Below are positions 9,854-30,624 of a stretch of DNA of 64,000 bases, one piece after another. Location of the stretch: contig NIVC01002905.1 in NCBI GenBank assembly GCA_002269645.1, positions 1-64,000 of the forward strand. Direction: 5' to 3'. Every line of letters starts with the position of its first letter. Position 1 is the stretch's first letter. The translations under genes and the position numbers were made by a program. The notes under the pieces are model-generated. The model searched no databases. It was not told the origin of the DNA and was given only the letters and a program-made list of their open reading frames with translations. The DNA is from Macrostomum lignano (lineage: Eukaryota).

Positions 9854-10924
9854 CTAAACCTTTCTTAAGTCTTTTTCATCCACCCAGCCAGTCGAGTCGT
9901 AGCCCGCCCATTTCACCAGATAGCGAATTTTTCCCTTCCGCTTCTCCGTTTTCAGGATCTTCTCAATCACATACAGCCGCTGTGAGTCCGGGACAGCCTG
10001 CAGCTCGTGCTCATGGAAGAGTCCTCGAATCTCTTGCCCCCGCATGTCTTTAATCTTGTACATGTAGGGATAATGTTTTGGGGCTCTGCTCACCACGGTG
10101 TACACTTCCTCACTCCAGCTCGCTTTGTATCCCTTTTTGAATATCCGTGGAGCATTGGAAATTCTCACTGACTGGTTTTCAGCGAACTTAGGCTTCTTTA
10201 ATTTTTCTAGAGTCTCGACTGCTTTTCCATCGTACAGGTTCATCCACACTTCAGATTCATTCTCTTTGCAGACACTAGTGGGTGCCATTTTGATGCTTCT
10301 GTGGTAGGTATTGTTGTAGGATTTTACCAGCTTAGGCAGCACATCAAGCCAGTGCAGTGTGCTCTTGTAGGTGAAGTAGCGCCACATTCTACTTTTCAGA
10401 GTTCGATTCCATCGCTCAATGACAGCTGCCTTCTGCTCGCTGTTAGTTGGGAAAGCCAGAATCCCTCTGTCAATGCAGTATTGACGGAAAGTGGAGTTGA
10501 TAAATTCCTTCCCCTGATCTGTGCGAACTGTGCGTGGCTGGCGCTTTGAACTTCTCAGTATGCTCTCGAATGCTGACTTCACTTCTGCAGCAGATTTATT
10601 TTTCAGTGCCTTGGCCCAAGCACATTTTGAGAGCACGTCAATGCATGTGAGAATATATTTGTAGCCTTTATTATGCTTTGCGAATGGAATCATTTCCACT
10701 AAGTCAAGTTCCCACTGATCATCGATTGCGCGCACTATGATTGGGGCCCTTGGATATCGCCTCCTAGCTGGCTTGTGCAGAGTGTGCACTGGCTGCTCGC
10801 TGAGCCACTGCTCAATGCTCTTTGCAGATATTCGATCACCTCTTTGCCTCACTTCATGCAGCAACTTTGAGGCACAAGAAAAACTAGCCGGTTGCTCAGG
10901 TTTCAAATAAATTTTCTCCATCAT
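9854..10924 (-). CDS. int: Retroviral-type (rve) integrase with C-terminal chromodomain, uninterrupted
   Basis: DDE triad WELDLVEM / VRTDQGKEF / AAVIERWNRTLK; YNNTYHRSIKMAP; chromodomain YVIEKIL..YLVKWAGYD..W. Confidence 0.95.
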   Translation of the reverse strand: MMEKIYLKPEQPASFSCASKLLHEVRQRGDRISAKSIEQWLSEQPVHTLHKPARRRYPRAPIIVRAIDDQWELDLVEMIPFAKHNKGYKYILTCIDVLSKCAWAKALKNKSAAEVKSAFESILRSSKRQPRTVRTDQGKEFINSTFRQYCIDRGILAFPTNSEQKAAVIERWNRTLKSRMWRYFTYKSTLHWLDVLPKLVKSYNNTYHRSIKMAPTSVCKENESEVWMNLYDGKAVETLEKLKKPKFAENQSVRISNAPRIFKKGYKASWSEEVYTVVSRAPKHYPYMYKIKDMRGQEIRGLFHEHELQAVPDSQRLYVIEKILKTEKRKGKIRYLVKWAGYDSTGWVDEKDLRKV

Positions 10925-10988
10925 GGGTTTATCAAGATACGTGCCTATCCACCTGCTCTAGCTGTACAGTATTTTTTCTTAAGTAGAA

Positions 10989-10995
10989 ATTTATA
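10989..10995 (-). promoter_or_regulatory. Candidate TATA box (TATAAAT) upstream of the integrase-to-structural gene block
   Basis: TATAAAT on the minus strand 65 nt upstream of integrase ATG 10924, just downstream of an AATAAA (11033-11038) that could end the PC4 transcript. Confidence 0.45.
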
Positions 10996-11244
10996 TTCCA
11001 ATTAAATGATAGAGAAACGAGTGGCAAATTAATTTATTACTGTCAGATTGAAACCTCTAACATCGTAACAGTCGGTGTATTTTCCGAAAGCAAACAATCC
11101 ATAAAAACGAACACTAAAACACTCGCACACCAGCATTTCAGAAATAGCAGAGATAAAAAACAGCATAGTGCCGTCAGGCTGGATAATCATGTGCAAGCTA
11201 AAAGTAATTTAGTTAGTCCAATGCATTCAAAGCATTCTAGCTGT

Positions 11245-12021
11245 TCAGTTATCAAAGCGAACATTGGGCTGCAGCCTCATCGCGTCCTGCCGACGAAGTT
11301 GAAATGGCAGCTTTCGCTTCCTGCTGCTGCTGCTCACCGTCGAAGCCGCTGCATGCGCCCTGAACTGATACCACACCGGATCTTCCTCAAGGTTGGTGTC
11401 CCGCTGCGGAAGCAGTCCAGCATCAGAATCAACCGAAGGTATCGGTGTGGATGTGATTGGCTCAGTCACAATGCGCGGCCTTGTGGGCGAGCTAACGTCC
11501 TCGTCATCAGCATGCTCTCCGCCCTCATCAGTCTCCATTATGGGCTTCGTGTCCTGGTCAGCCTCCAACTTGAGCTTCTTGTCCTCTTCCTCCTCTTCCT
11601 CATCAGACTCCAGCTCGTACTGCATTGTGTTCCTCAAGGGAGCCACCAGCTGACCGTCGATCCAGGAGGCGATTTTCCAGAGCTTCTGCCACAGCGGCGG
11701 AGTCAGTGGTACGGCGTTTCGTCTCAAAAACTCCTCGCAGCAATCTTCCGGCAGCCGTTTGAGCCAAATGATGCCGCCTTTGACTTCCACAAACTTATCG
11801 AAGCCGAGTTTCACGACCTTGGGCTCGTTGTTGCGTGCAGAAATCACAAGTGAGCGTTTCACCTCCTTCAATTTCTTCCATTGGTGAACATTCAGGTTGA
11901 ATCCTGGGACGCCTGGCTTCAGACTTGCCGTGCTGCCGTGTCGGTAAAATTTGCGAATAGCGATAAATTTTTGTCCTTCAAACTCCTGGACTTGTGCCTT
12001 ATAGCCTTCACAGATGTCCAT
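11245..12021 (-). CDS. PC4/Sub1-like ssDNA-binding/coactivator protein with two tandem PC4-like domains, acidic tract and basic C-terminal motif
   Basis: Domain 1 KAQVQEFEGQKFIAIRKFY..LKPGVPGFNLNVHQWKKLKE matches PC4 [40 protein letters not shown]. A second, degenerate copy reads VKLGFDKFVEV..AVPLTPPLWQKL. Then ESDEEEEEED and SSSSRKRK. Confidence 0.85.
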   Translation of the reverse strand: MDICEGYKAQVQEFEGQKFIAIRKFYRHGSTASLKPGVPGFNLNVHQWKKLKEVKRSLVISARNNEPKVVKLGFDKFVEVKGGIIWLKRLPEDCCEEFLRRNAVPLTPPLWQKLWKIASWIDGQLVAPLRNTMQYELESDEEEEEEDKKLKLEADQDTKPIMETDEGGEHADDEDVSSPTRPRIVTEPITSTPIPSVDSDAGLLPQRDTNLEEDPVWYQFRAHAAASTVSSSSRKRKLPFQLRRQDAMRLQPNVRFDN

Positions 12022-12125
12022 TTTCCTTTCGCAATTGAAAACTCACAAAAGTTAAAAGCTGAGGAAAATTTCGGATGAAATTTTGGATTTGAAAAATTGA
12101 GAATTCTTTCTTGTCAATTTCGGGG

Positions 12126-12186
12126 CTTATATACCCTCGACCGAACCACCCCAAACCACCCATCCCACTCCGGGCTCTGTGATTGG
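12126..12186 (-). promoter_or_regulatory. CCAAT box plus TATA box promoter of the PC4-like gene
   Basis: Minus strand AGCCAATC (CCAAT at 12182-12186) and GTATATAAG (12126-12134). Pyrimidine-CA initiator-like sequence near 12100. ATG at 12021. Confidence 0.6.
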
Positions 12187-12229
12187 CTCTTTCGCAAACA
12201 TTATTTCCAATTACATAGATTAACATCTT

Positions 12230-12445
12230 ATCTCTGCAGTGTTAACCACCCCCAATGCAAAGAGATAGGCCGCCTCTCCTCCTATCTCTGCAGTGTTAAC
12301 CACCCCCAATGCAAAGAGATAGGCCGCCTCTCCTCCTATCTCTGCAGTGTTAACCACCCCCAATGCAAAGAGATAGGCCGCCTCTCCTCCTATCTCTGCA
12401 GTGTTAACCATCTCCAGTGTAAAGAAATAGGCCGCCTCTTCTCCT
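12230..12445. repeat. 54-bp tandem repeat (4 copies, last degenerate), probably within the terminal inverted repeat
   Basis: Unit ATCTCTGCAGTGTTAACCACCCCCAATGCAAAGAGATAGGCCGCCTCTCCTCCT starts at 12230, 12284, 12338, 12392. Confidence 0.95.
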
Positions 12446-12478
12446 ATCACTCCTGTGTTAAGCAGAGATAGAGCTCAT

Positions 12479-12666
12479 ATCTCTGCAGTGCTTAGCCGTC
12501 CCCAATGCACAGAGATAGAGCTCATATCTCTGCAGTGCTTAGCCGTCCCCAATGCACAGAGATAGAGCTCATATCTCTGCAGTGCTTAGCCGTCCCCAAT
12601 GCACAGAGATAGAGCTCATATCTCTGCAGTGCTTAGCCGTCCCCAATGCACAGAGATAGGGCTCAT
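12479..12666. repeat. 47-bp tandem repeat (4 copies) related to the 54-bp unit
   Basis: Unit ATCTCTGCAGTGCTTAGCCGTCCCCAATGCACAGAGATAGAGCTCAT starts at 12479, 12526, 12573, 12620. Confidence 0.95.
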
Positions 12667-14020
12667 ATCTCCGCAGTGTATTTTTCCCTATACATTTGCA
12701 TTGCCGCCTATCTCGCCAGTGCTAGTGCGGCAGTATCATAATTCGCCCTACTACTCCGTTACTTTCAGCTGTAGTGTGTTTTCTCTCGATTGAATTAGTC
12801 CATGGCAAAACCCTACATAGCACAGAGGTCAGCAGAATGGGCGTGGCTGACTTTTACCGCTAGCGGGTCCGCAGCCGTCTCAATCTGCTCCAAAAGCCCA
12901 CAATAATGGCAATCGGACCTCCAGAAGTTCCAGTTTTGGCTGAGCAAACAAGGCCTGGCTGACTGACTGTGCCTGCGGTGAGGACTCGGGCCTCGAGTGA
13001 CAGGTACAAGAGAGTCCAGGACTGGGTCAGGCCCAAAGCAATTTCTATCCGCCCCTGTTTGGTTTCGGCTTGGCCAGCCAGCTTCCCTGCTTTTTTGCCT
13101 TCTTTTACCCAATTTTTTCTCTCTCTCTCTGATGAATGATGGAAGGCCAGACTGAGTGTTGGAGTTCAGGCTTTCTCAGATGCTCAACTCAGCATACCTG
13201 TGGTACTTTTTTGGTCAGGCACGTCCATCATTTCCATCGTTTACAGAATTCTAGTCGGAGACTTTTTTAAAAGATTTCATCAACTTGGACCTGACTCAGT
13301 CGCATATGGGACATCGGGGCGTCGCTACCTCCAGAGGAAAAATCCGCAGTGAATAATTCTTATTCTGCCTCTCCGGTGTTGAGGATGCTGAGCCCGAGAG
13401 CCGACAGCCTTCCTACAAACAAATACTATTATTGTTAATATTTATAGAGTCTATTCTCAAGTCAGAAATTCACTTTATGGGATCGATCGATATCACTATT
13501 TGCAAACGATAAAGACAGTTTTTTTAAATCTATTCAAGCCACTATTATCCACCAAGACAACAATTATTATCGATACACATCGAAGCTTTATCCCTGGAAA
13601 AGATTCACCTCTGCAGAATTTGGGTAGTTTTTGCCATCACGCATAACGATCGAGCTTCATCAAGGATCTAAAAAAGAATCATTTTTTGAGGCTCAAAATT
13701 CCAGTTTTCATATCTGTCACTTTACTCCGGAAATGAAACAATCTGTGTGCAGGCATAAAACTATAGAGGAATTCTTATCAACGTTTTTTCGAGTCGATGG
13801 AATGATTGACACGCGGATATTTAGCCGTCAAATATTTGAAAGTTCTGTCAATTTAAGCTAAATGCTTGGGCTGTGTTTATCCACAATGGCAGTCATTTTC
13901 ATTTAAATACTTTAACCACCAAATGCTACTTAGAGTAGCCTTTATTGCTTGAACTGGTGAATAGACTAATTCTCGCAGTGAAAATTTTTACAGTTAAAAG
14001 CACTAGGCGAGGAGCACCGG

Positions 14021-14140
14021 GGCGCCAGCACCGGGGACGCCAGCACCAGTGGCGCCAGCACCGGGGACGCCAGCACCAGGGGCGCCAGCACCGGGGGCGC
14101 CAGCACCGGGGGCGCCAGCACCAGGGGCGCCAGCACCAGG
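14021..14140. repeat. 15-bp GC-rich minisatellite (GGCGCCAGCACCRGG), 8 copies
   Basis: Direct reading. Same unit as 40891-41230 in the opposite orientation. Confidence 0.95.
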
Positions 14141-14843
14141 TCGCGGAGTGAGGGGCAGAATATTGGAGTCACAGAGGCACAGCTCCAATATGCGTTTAGC
14201 GGACCAGGAAAGGTTCGGAATAATAGCTTTTCTCACAGCATGCACTGATGTGTGTATTTACTGGCACCAATATAACAAAAATATGCGACACGAACCTTAC
14301 AAAAGCAAAAGAGTAATTAAATTTTCGCTGGAAAAAACTTTTAGGACGCGTGGGTCATAAAGTAGCAAGACCAAAAGTGATTTAGGGGTTAATTTTCTTG
14401 AAATTTTCCGGTCAACTGGTCATTTGATATTTTAATCGTTTGTTAAATGAAATTCGAAATTCAATTTCAAACTAAGTGCGGAAATTTCTGAGAGACCTAA
14501 AATTAAACAGTTTTAAAATCTTATTTACAACTAACTTTAAATGTTACAAACAAGATTCTTTTTAAGTATAAAAACTTCGCAATTTAAGATGCTTAGCTAT
14601 GGATCATTTAACAATGTCCGAGGTTGGTGCGAGTTTGAATTCAATTTAAAGACTTAAAAATTCAATGTCGCCTTTTTTCTATTCTTTTAAAATATTCTAA
14701 GCGGCAATCAAAACAGCACGAAATGTTTCGACTTGGACACACGGGATTAACTGATGCAGTCACCAAAGAATCGCGGTGAAGCCAAATCACAACAGACACA
14801 TTGGTAAATGAAAAAGTGAGCAACACGGTTTTTTATTTTAGGC

Positions 14844-15293
14844 TCAGGCTTCGTCGCTTTCCTCGTTCTCGATGGCCAGTGCAGTCGCTCTGAGCAACAG
14901 GTTGCACCAGGCCGACAGCTCAGAGTCATGACGGAATGTGACGATCATGCACGAGCATCCGCTGCACAGGTCGCTGCCATCTCCAGCGGCAACAGCAGCG
15001 GCTCCTCTTTCGCGTTCGCCCTGACTTCGGCACCGCAGCCGGAGCTTCAGTCCTCCCAGCGGCACCGCTGCCAGACAGTCCAGCGGCAGGCAGCAGAGCG
15101 AGTGCCGGTTTCGGCCCTGCCTGTCCTCCACCAGGCTGCAGATGGTCAGGTAGCCGTCGGTCATCTCGCCGGCTCTTGCCTGCTGCTGGACGGCTTGAAA
15201 CAGTCGCAGCTCGGCGGTGAAGGTGGCCGGGTGACCCGGCCGGACGAGAGCTACGGTTGCTAGGCAGGACCGTCTCAGCTGGTAGTTGGACAT
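14844..15293 (-). CDS. Probable terminal coding exon of an unidentified host gene (possibly PH-like fold)
   Basis: GC-rich 149-codon ORF in AT-rich surroundings. Beta-rich pattern ending in FRHDSELSAWCNLLLRA, which resembles a PH-domain terminal helix. Possible upstream exons at ~15400, ~16400 and ~17900 were not resolved. Confidence 0.35.
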   Translation of the reverse strand: MSNYQLRRSCLATVALVRPGHPATFTAELRLFQAVQQQARAGEMTDGYLTICSLVEDRQGRNRHSLCCLPLDCLAAVPLGGLKLRLRCRSQGERERGAAAVAAGDGSDLCSGCSCMIVTFRHDSELSAWCNLLLRATALAIENEESDEA

Positions 15294-16892
15294 TGTTGAC
15301 TAGCTAGGACACACAGGAAGTGAATAATATTCTATTGACTTTGGAGACAGGAAGAGCTCAAATCCTCTCCTCGAAATTGCGCGCGATTATTCCGAATCTT
15401 TGCAGGAATTATCAACCATCGAGTCAGCCAATGCGGATTTGAGCGTTTGTTCACTGGTTCTCTCCAAGCTAGCTCAAAGCTGCTCAAGACGAGTAGGGAC
15501 AGGCGGAGACCTAAGAGAGTGCTCACCTAAGGCAAGATGTTGAACAGGAAGAGCTGAGAACAGTTAGAAAAATTGGGTGAGACTTTATAGGAAGCAGAAT
15601 AGCCATAGTATTCATAAAAATTGTAAATCTTTATAATAAATATTAAAGACTTGGATACAATATTTATAACCCAGCCCAGACAGAATTTCAATCCACTCTC
15701 GTCGCGACAATTAAATGCTCGAGCCTAAAATTCCAACTGTAATTATTGTCGTTATAGAAGGCTTTTAAAAAAGCCAATTCTTAACGAATTAAAGTTTTTG
15801 ACGATTTCTCCTTGGTAACTAACTACAGGACAATTGTTTATTGCAGTATTTCTCATTTAATTAAATCTAATTTTGAAAGAAGACGAAACAAAACTTCTTT
15901 TACAAGGTGTAGAAAATTTCTCTTACACACAGGTAATTGTAAAATAGTTCTAATTCCTACATGGCTGTGAAATGGTCTCGTAGATTGACATAAAATGAAA
16001 CTAATCTAATGTGTTTTTTTCCACAGTCTGTAACTTTTTTGTTTTTTTTTGCTGACACATTTATGGACTACTTACCTGATTATTTTATAATTAATTAAAT
16101 TATTGTGATAGCTATTAATCTCAATGAGACCGGCTCAGTATGTAATACTACTTCTAAATCGTAATCGAATCGATGAATGCTTCGTAAATCTGGTTTAAGA
16201 AAAGCCTGAAAGATTAATTTAATTAACTATTTCTGACTAATCTTTCTTTAGTCAGAAGATTAAAGAAACACAGCTTCCCAACTGGTTGCCAAGGGATTTA
16301 CCGTCACAAATTGAAATCCGCGCGTTTCTGCAATACGACACCTGCGCGGCAAGTGCGCGGCAGGTACATGGTAGGTAAGGTAGCGATTGATAATACACAC
16401 TGATGAATGAAACTCTGGATACAAGAGGGCAATAGAAGGCCGAAAGTCATTAGTGAAGATTGCTTTGCAGACGACAGGTCAGCTCTGGAAGAGAAGGCGG
16501 AAGGAACGGGAGCCGACAAGTCGAAACTGGATTCGTTCAGTGCAAGCGGGGGTTCCCCGCCGTTCCTGCTCACAGCGGCGCCTATTTCAGCTGCCGGGAC
16601 CCCGCTGCAGCTGAATGTACACCGCTGGTTTATTATAATTTGAGACAGAACTAAGCCGAGATGAAGTGCGAGATTCTCCCAGAGTTAATGACTATCTTGT
16701 TTCTGAGGTCTGCGGCCTGCTGTAAAGTTACTGTTGTCGTCGCAGCGTTTGCGTGCAGCATGCAAACATCCTTACTCATTTCTGACCTGTCTTGATTGCG
16801 GCAGCTGTCTCGCCTACAGACATTCATATAGTGTAAAAATAGAAAACTACTATCTAACCACGGCTTATTCGGTTTGTCACTAACTAAATGAC

Positions 16893-17619
<727 letters not shown>

Positions 17620-19055
17620 AAGGCTATTGTGAACACTTTTCGCTCTATTTAAATGAATTTCTCTTTCTATTCAAAGCTTTCCCGCATAACCCCAGCATGC
17701 AGCTGTTCGCTCATCTTTGCTGGAGGAATAGCTGAAACATGGATGTACATAGGCGGAGACAATTCATTTCTGTAGCGATTTTTTTCGCCCAGACATCCAA
17801 AATTATTCGTGTTGTTGTGCTTGGAGCTCTTGGCGCACAGGATTATTAGCTTCTGAAGTTCCGTCTCTCTGTGCTGGATGCCTTAACGCCTTCGGGCTCA
17901 GTAGCTAGCGCGCGGAGATGCTTGGATGCAAAGTAGCGGAGCAGCAGATTAATGCGGCTTCTGCGCTGTGCACGTCCCACGTGAAGAATCTCTGCAATGC
18001 GACTAGCTAGAGAATTGCTACAGCATTGAGACTGTACATTGGAACAGAGAGAGCTCTCTGAAATTTTCCATTCTAAATGATAGAGTTTGAGTCGCTGTTG
18101 AGATGTGCTTACCATCATTTCAAGGAAGCATTTGCGTTATTCTTCTTTAATCGAAAATGAGATTTGTTTACCATGCCGTAAAGTTATAAAGTCGGGTGAA
18201 TTAGAGTTAACAAATTTGTTTGGCGCAAATACAAAGTAAAAAAAATAGAATTTTTGGGCATTCCAAAGTAAATTCTGAGTGGAAAAGTTGCTAGGTATGG
18301 AAAAATACTTTCAATTTTCCGTTCTTTGAAACTTTCATCAGGCACTCAGGTGGTGTGCAAAATGATTTAAAAAACAAAAAACCTTCAAAATTTCTGCGAG
18401 TAATTTATTAAAAAAGAAATTAATTTTTAGAAACGAAAAGATTAAATGAAAGTGTATTAAGGATACACTAAGGATACCTAAACCCCCCATGATCCGCACG
18501 CCCTAGGCCTTGGACCAGTTCTTGGCCATGGACCTCTTGGTCAGCTATACCCCCTCGAGGTCTAAGAATTTTTATACCTGAACTTTAATAGACATCAATT
18601 CGTATGAAGAATCTCCTCACCTTAACCCCCCCCCCCTATTCCTCTTGCCCTGCAGCCCTGGTAGTTGGCTGTAAGCTACATATAGTTGGATTGAAGCTAC
18701 CAAGAAATGAAGTTGGAATTTGAAATCTGCACCATCAAGAACTCCTGTAGTTAGGCAACTATGATCCTATCAACATGGCAACTAGTTTATTATTGATAAA
18801 CTATATATACCTAAAGTTCAAAAAGTCCCTAGCAGGTACAAAAGGCGTTCGCTAGAGCTGTTGCTATGCTTCTTTTCAATAGGCGCAGCTCAGAATTATT
18901 GTTTAGAAAGCCCGTATTATTGCAAAATATGGACAAGAGTCGCGCAATGAGGGATGAAGGATGAACAGCTCTGCACATGGGCAGGCACTCCGGGTATCAT
19001 TAAGTGGACTCTGTTGTTTTGTCTTCCTTTTACGAATCTGTCCGGATGAATCATA

Positions 19056-29885
<10,830 letters not shown>

Positions 29886-30378
29886 CACTTTAAGAAGCAG
29901 TCCGCAGTTTAAATATGAAACACTTTTTAGTTGCGTAGAGATTTGAAATATTATAAACTGTTTTTAGAAAAAGGAGCTTTTAAAAAAGAAGCCTTCGAGC
30001 CCAAAGTCTACATATAGATATCACACCATTTCAGTTGTAGATAAGAAATTGCACAAGCCCACTGGTTTGGAAATGTGCAGGCCTCTGAACTATAAGAATT
30101 TTTCACTTTCGCAAATTTCTACTCGTATAATCAGAGGTTGGTGTACTTGCACTGAAATGTACATTTTATGTTGAAAAATAAAAGTAAAGTAATGAAAGTA
30201 CAATGATATGATTCTGTCGATCCTGACAGAAATTTTGAAAATCAAATTGTCTGTTTTAAACAGTTTATTTCATTGAGTCTTATTATTTTCCAAGAAGCTT
30301 TGATTAGATCACAACAAATCTTAGTTAGCAATGGGTTCGTTTTCGGCAAGAGCACTTCAACGCCCTTTTCAAAAGAGT

Positions 30379-30624
30379 TTAGGTCAGCTTCTCGATGATG
30401 AGCTCTGGGCCTCGTTTGCGCACAGTCTGCAGTCGGCTAATTCGCTCCAGTAGGCCTCGCAGGGCCATCAGGTCGACTTGATCGTCGCCGCGGGATGCGC
30501 CGTCAAAGTTGCCAAACTGGCCGAAGTCAGCTGACGCCGGAGCAGCTGATCCGACGCTGCACAGGGTTGACATGGCAGCGGCCACAACTACTAGAGCTAG
30601 TAAGATTGATGCACCGCGAAACAT
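30379..30624 (-). CDS. Small secreted prepropeptide (candidate neuropeptide precursor, 81 aa)
   Basis: Hydrophobic signal peptide (ILLALVVVAAAM..SA/AP) and an RKR cleavage site before C-terminal GPELIIEKLT. TATAAAT at 30747-30753, CCAAT at 30794-30798 and AATAAA at 30264-30269 frame the gene. Confidence 0.7.
   Translation of the reverse strand: MFRGASILLALVVVAAAMSTLCSVGSAAPASADFGQFGNFDGASRGDDQVDLMALRGLLERISRLQTVRKRGPELIIEKLT

Larger units (their letters stand above)
1..12755. mobile_element. Polinton/Maverick (adintovirus-like) endogenous dsDNA virus, right-hand part; left end lies outside the window
   Basis: Clustered pPolB, rve integrase, A32-like ATPase, adenain protease, major and minor capsid ORFs. 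Subterminal tandem repeats. Sequence ends ...CCCTACTACT at 12755 (reverse complement AGTAGTAGGG), the short-repeat terminus typical of Polintons. Confidence 0.95.

Noticed and set aside
11191-11853. 220-aa + strand ORF opposite the PC4-like gene, and similar antisense ORFs over PolB, penton and RasGRF
   Set aside because: No recognisable motifs; they shadow the genuine opposite-strand ORFs.
12230-12666. CRISPR-like array of palindromic repeats
   Set aside because: Units are contiguous and near-identical with no unique spacers, there are no cas genes, and the context is eukaryotic. These are subterminal tandem repeats.
12097-12793. ORFs 12097-12471, 12220-12450 and 12599-12793
   Set aside because: They are translations of the 54/47-bp repeats in the element terminus.
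16399-16415. Hammerhead ribozyme core (CTGATGA..GAAAC)
   Set aside because: No stem II and no plausible stems I/III around it.
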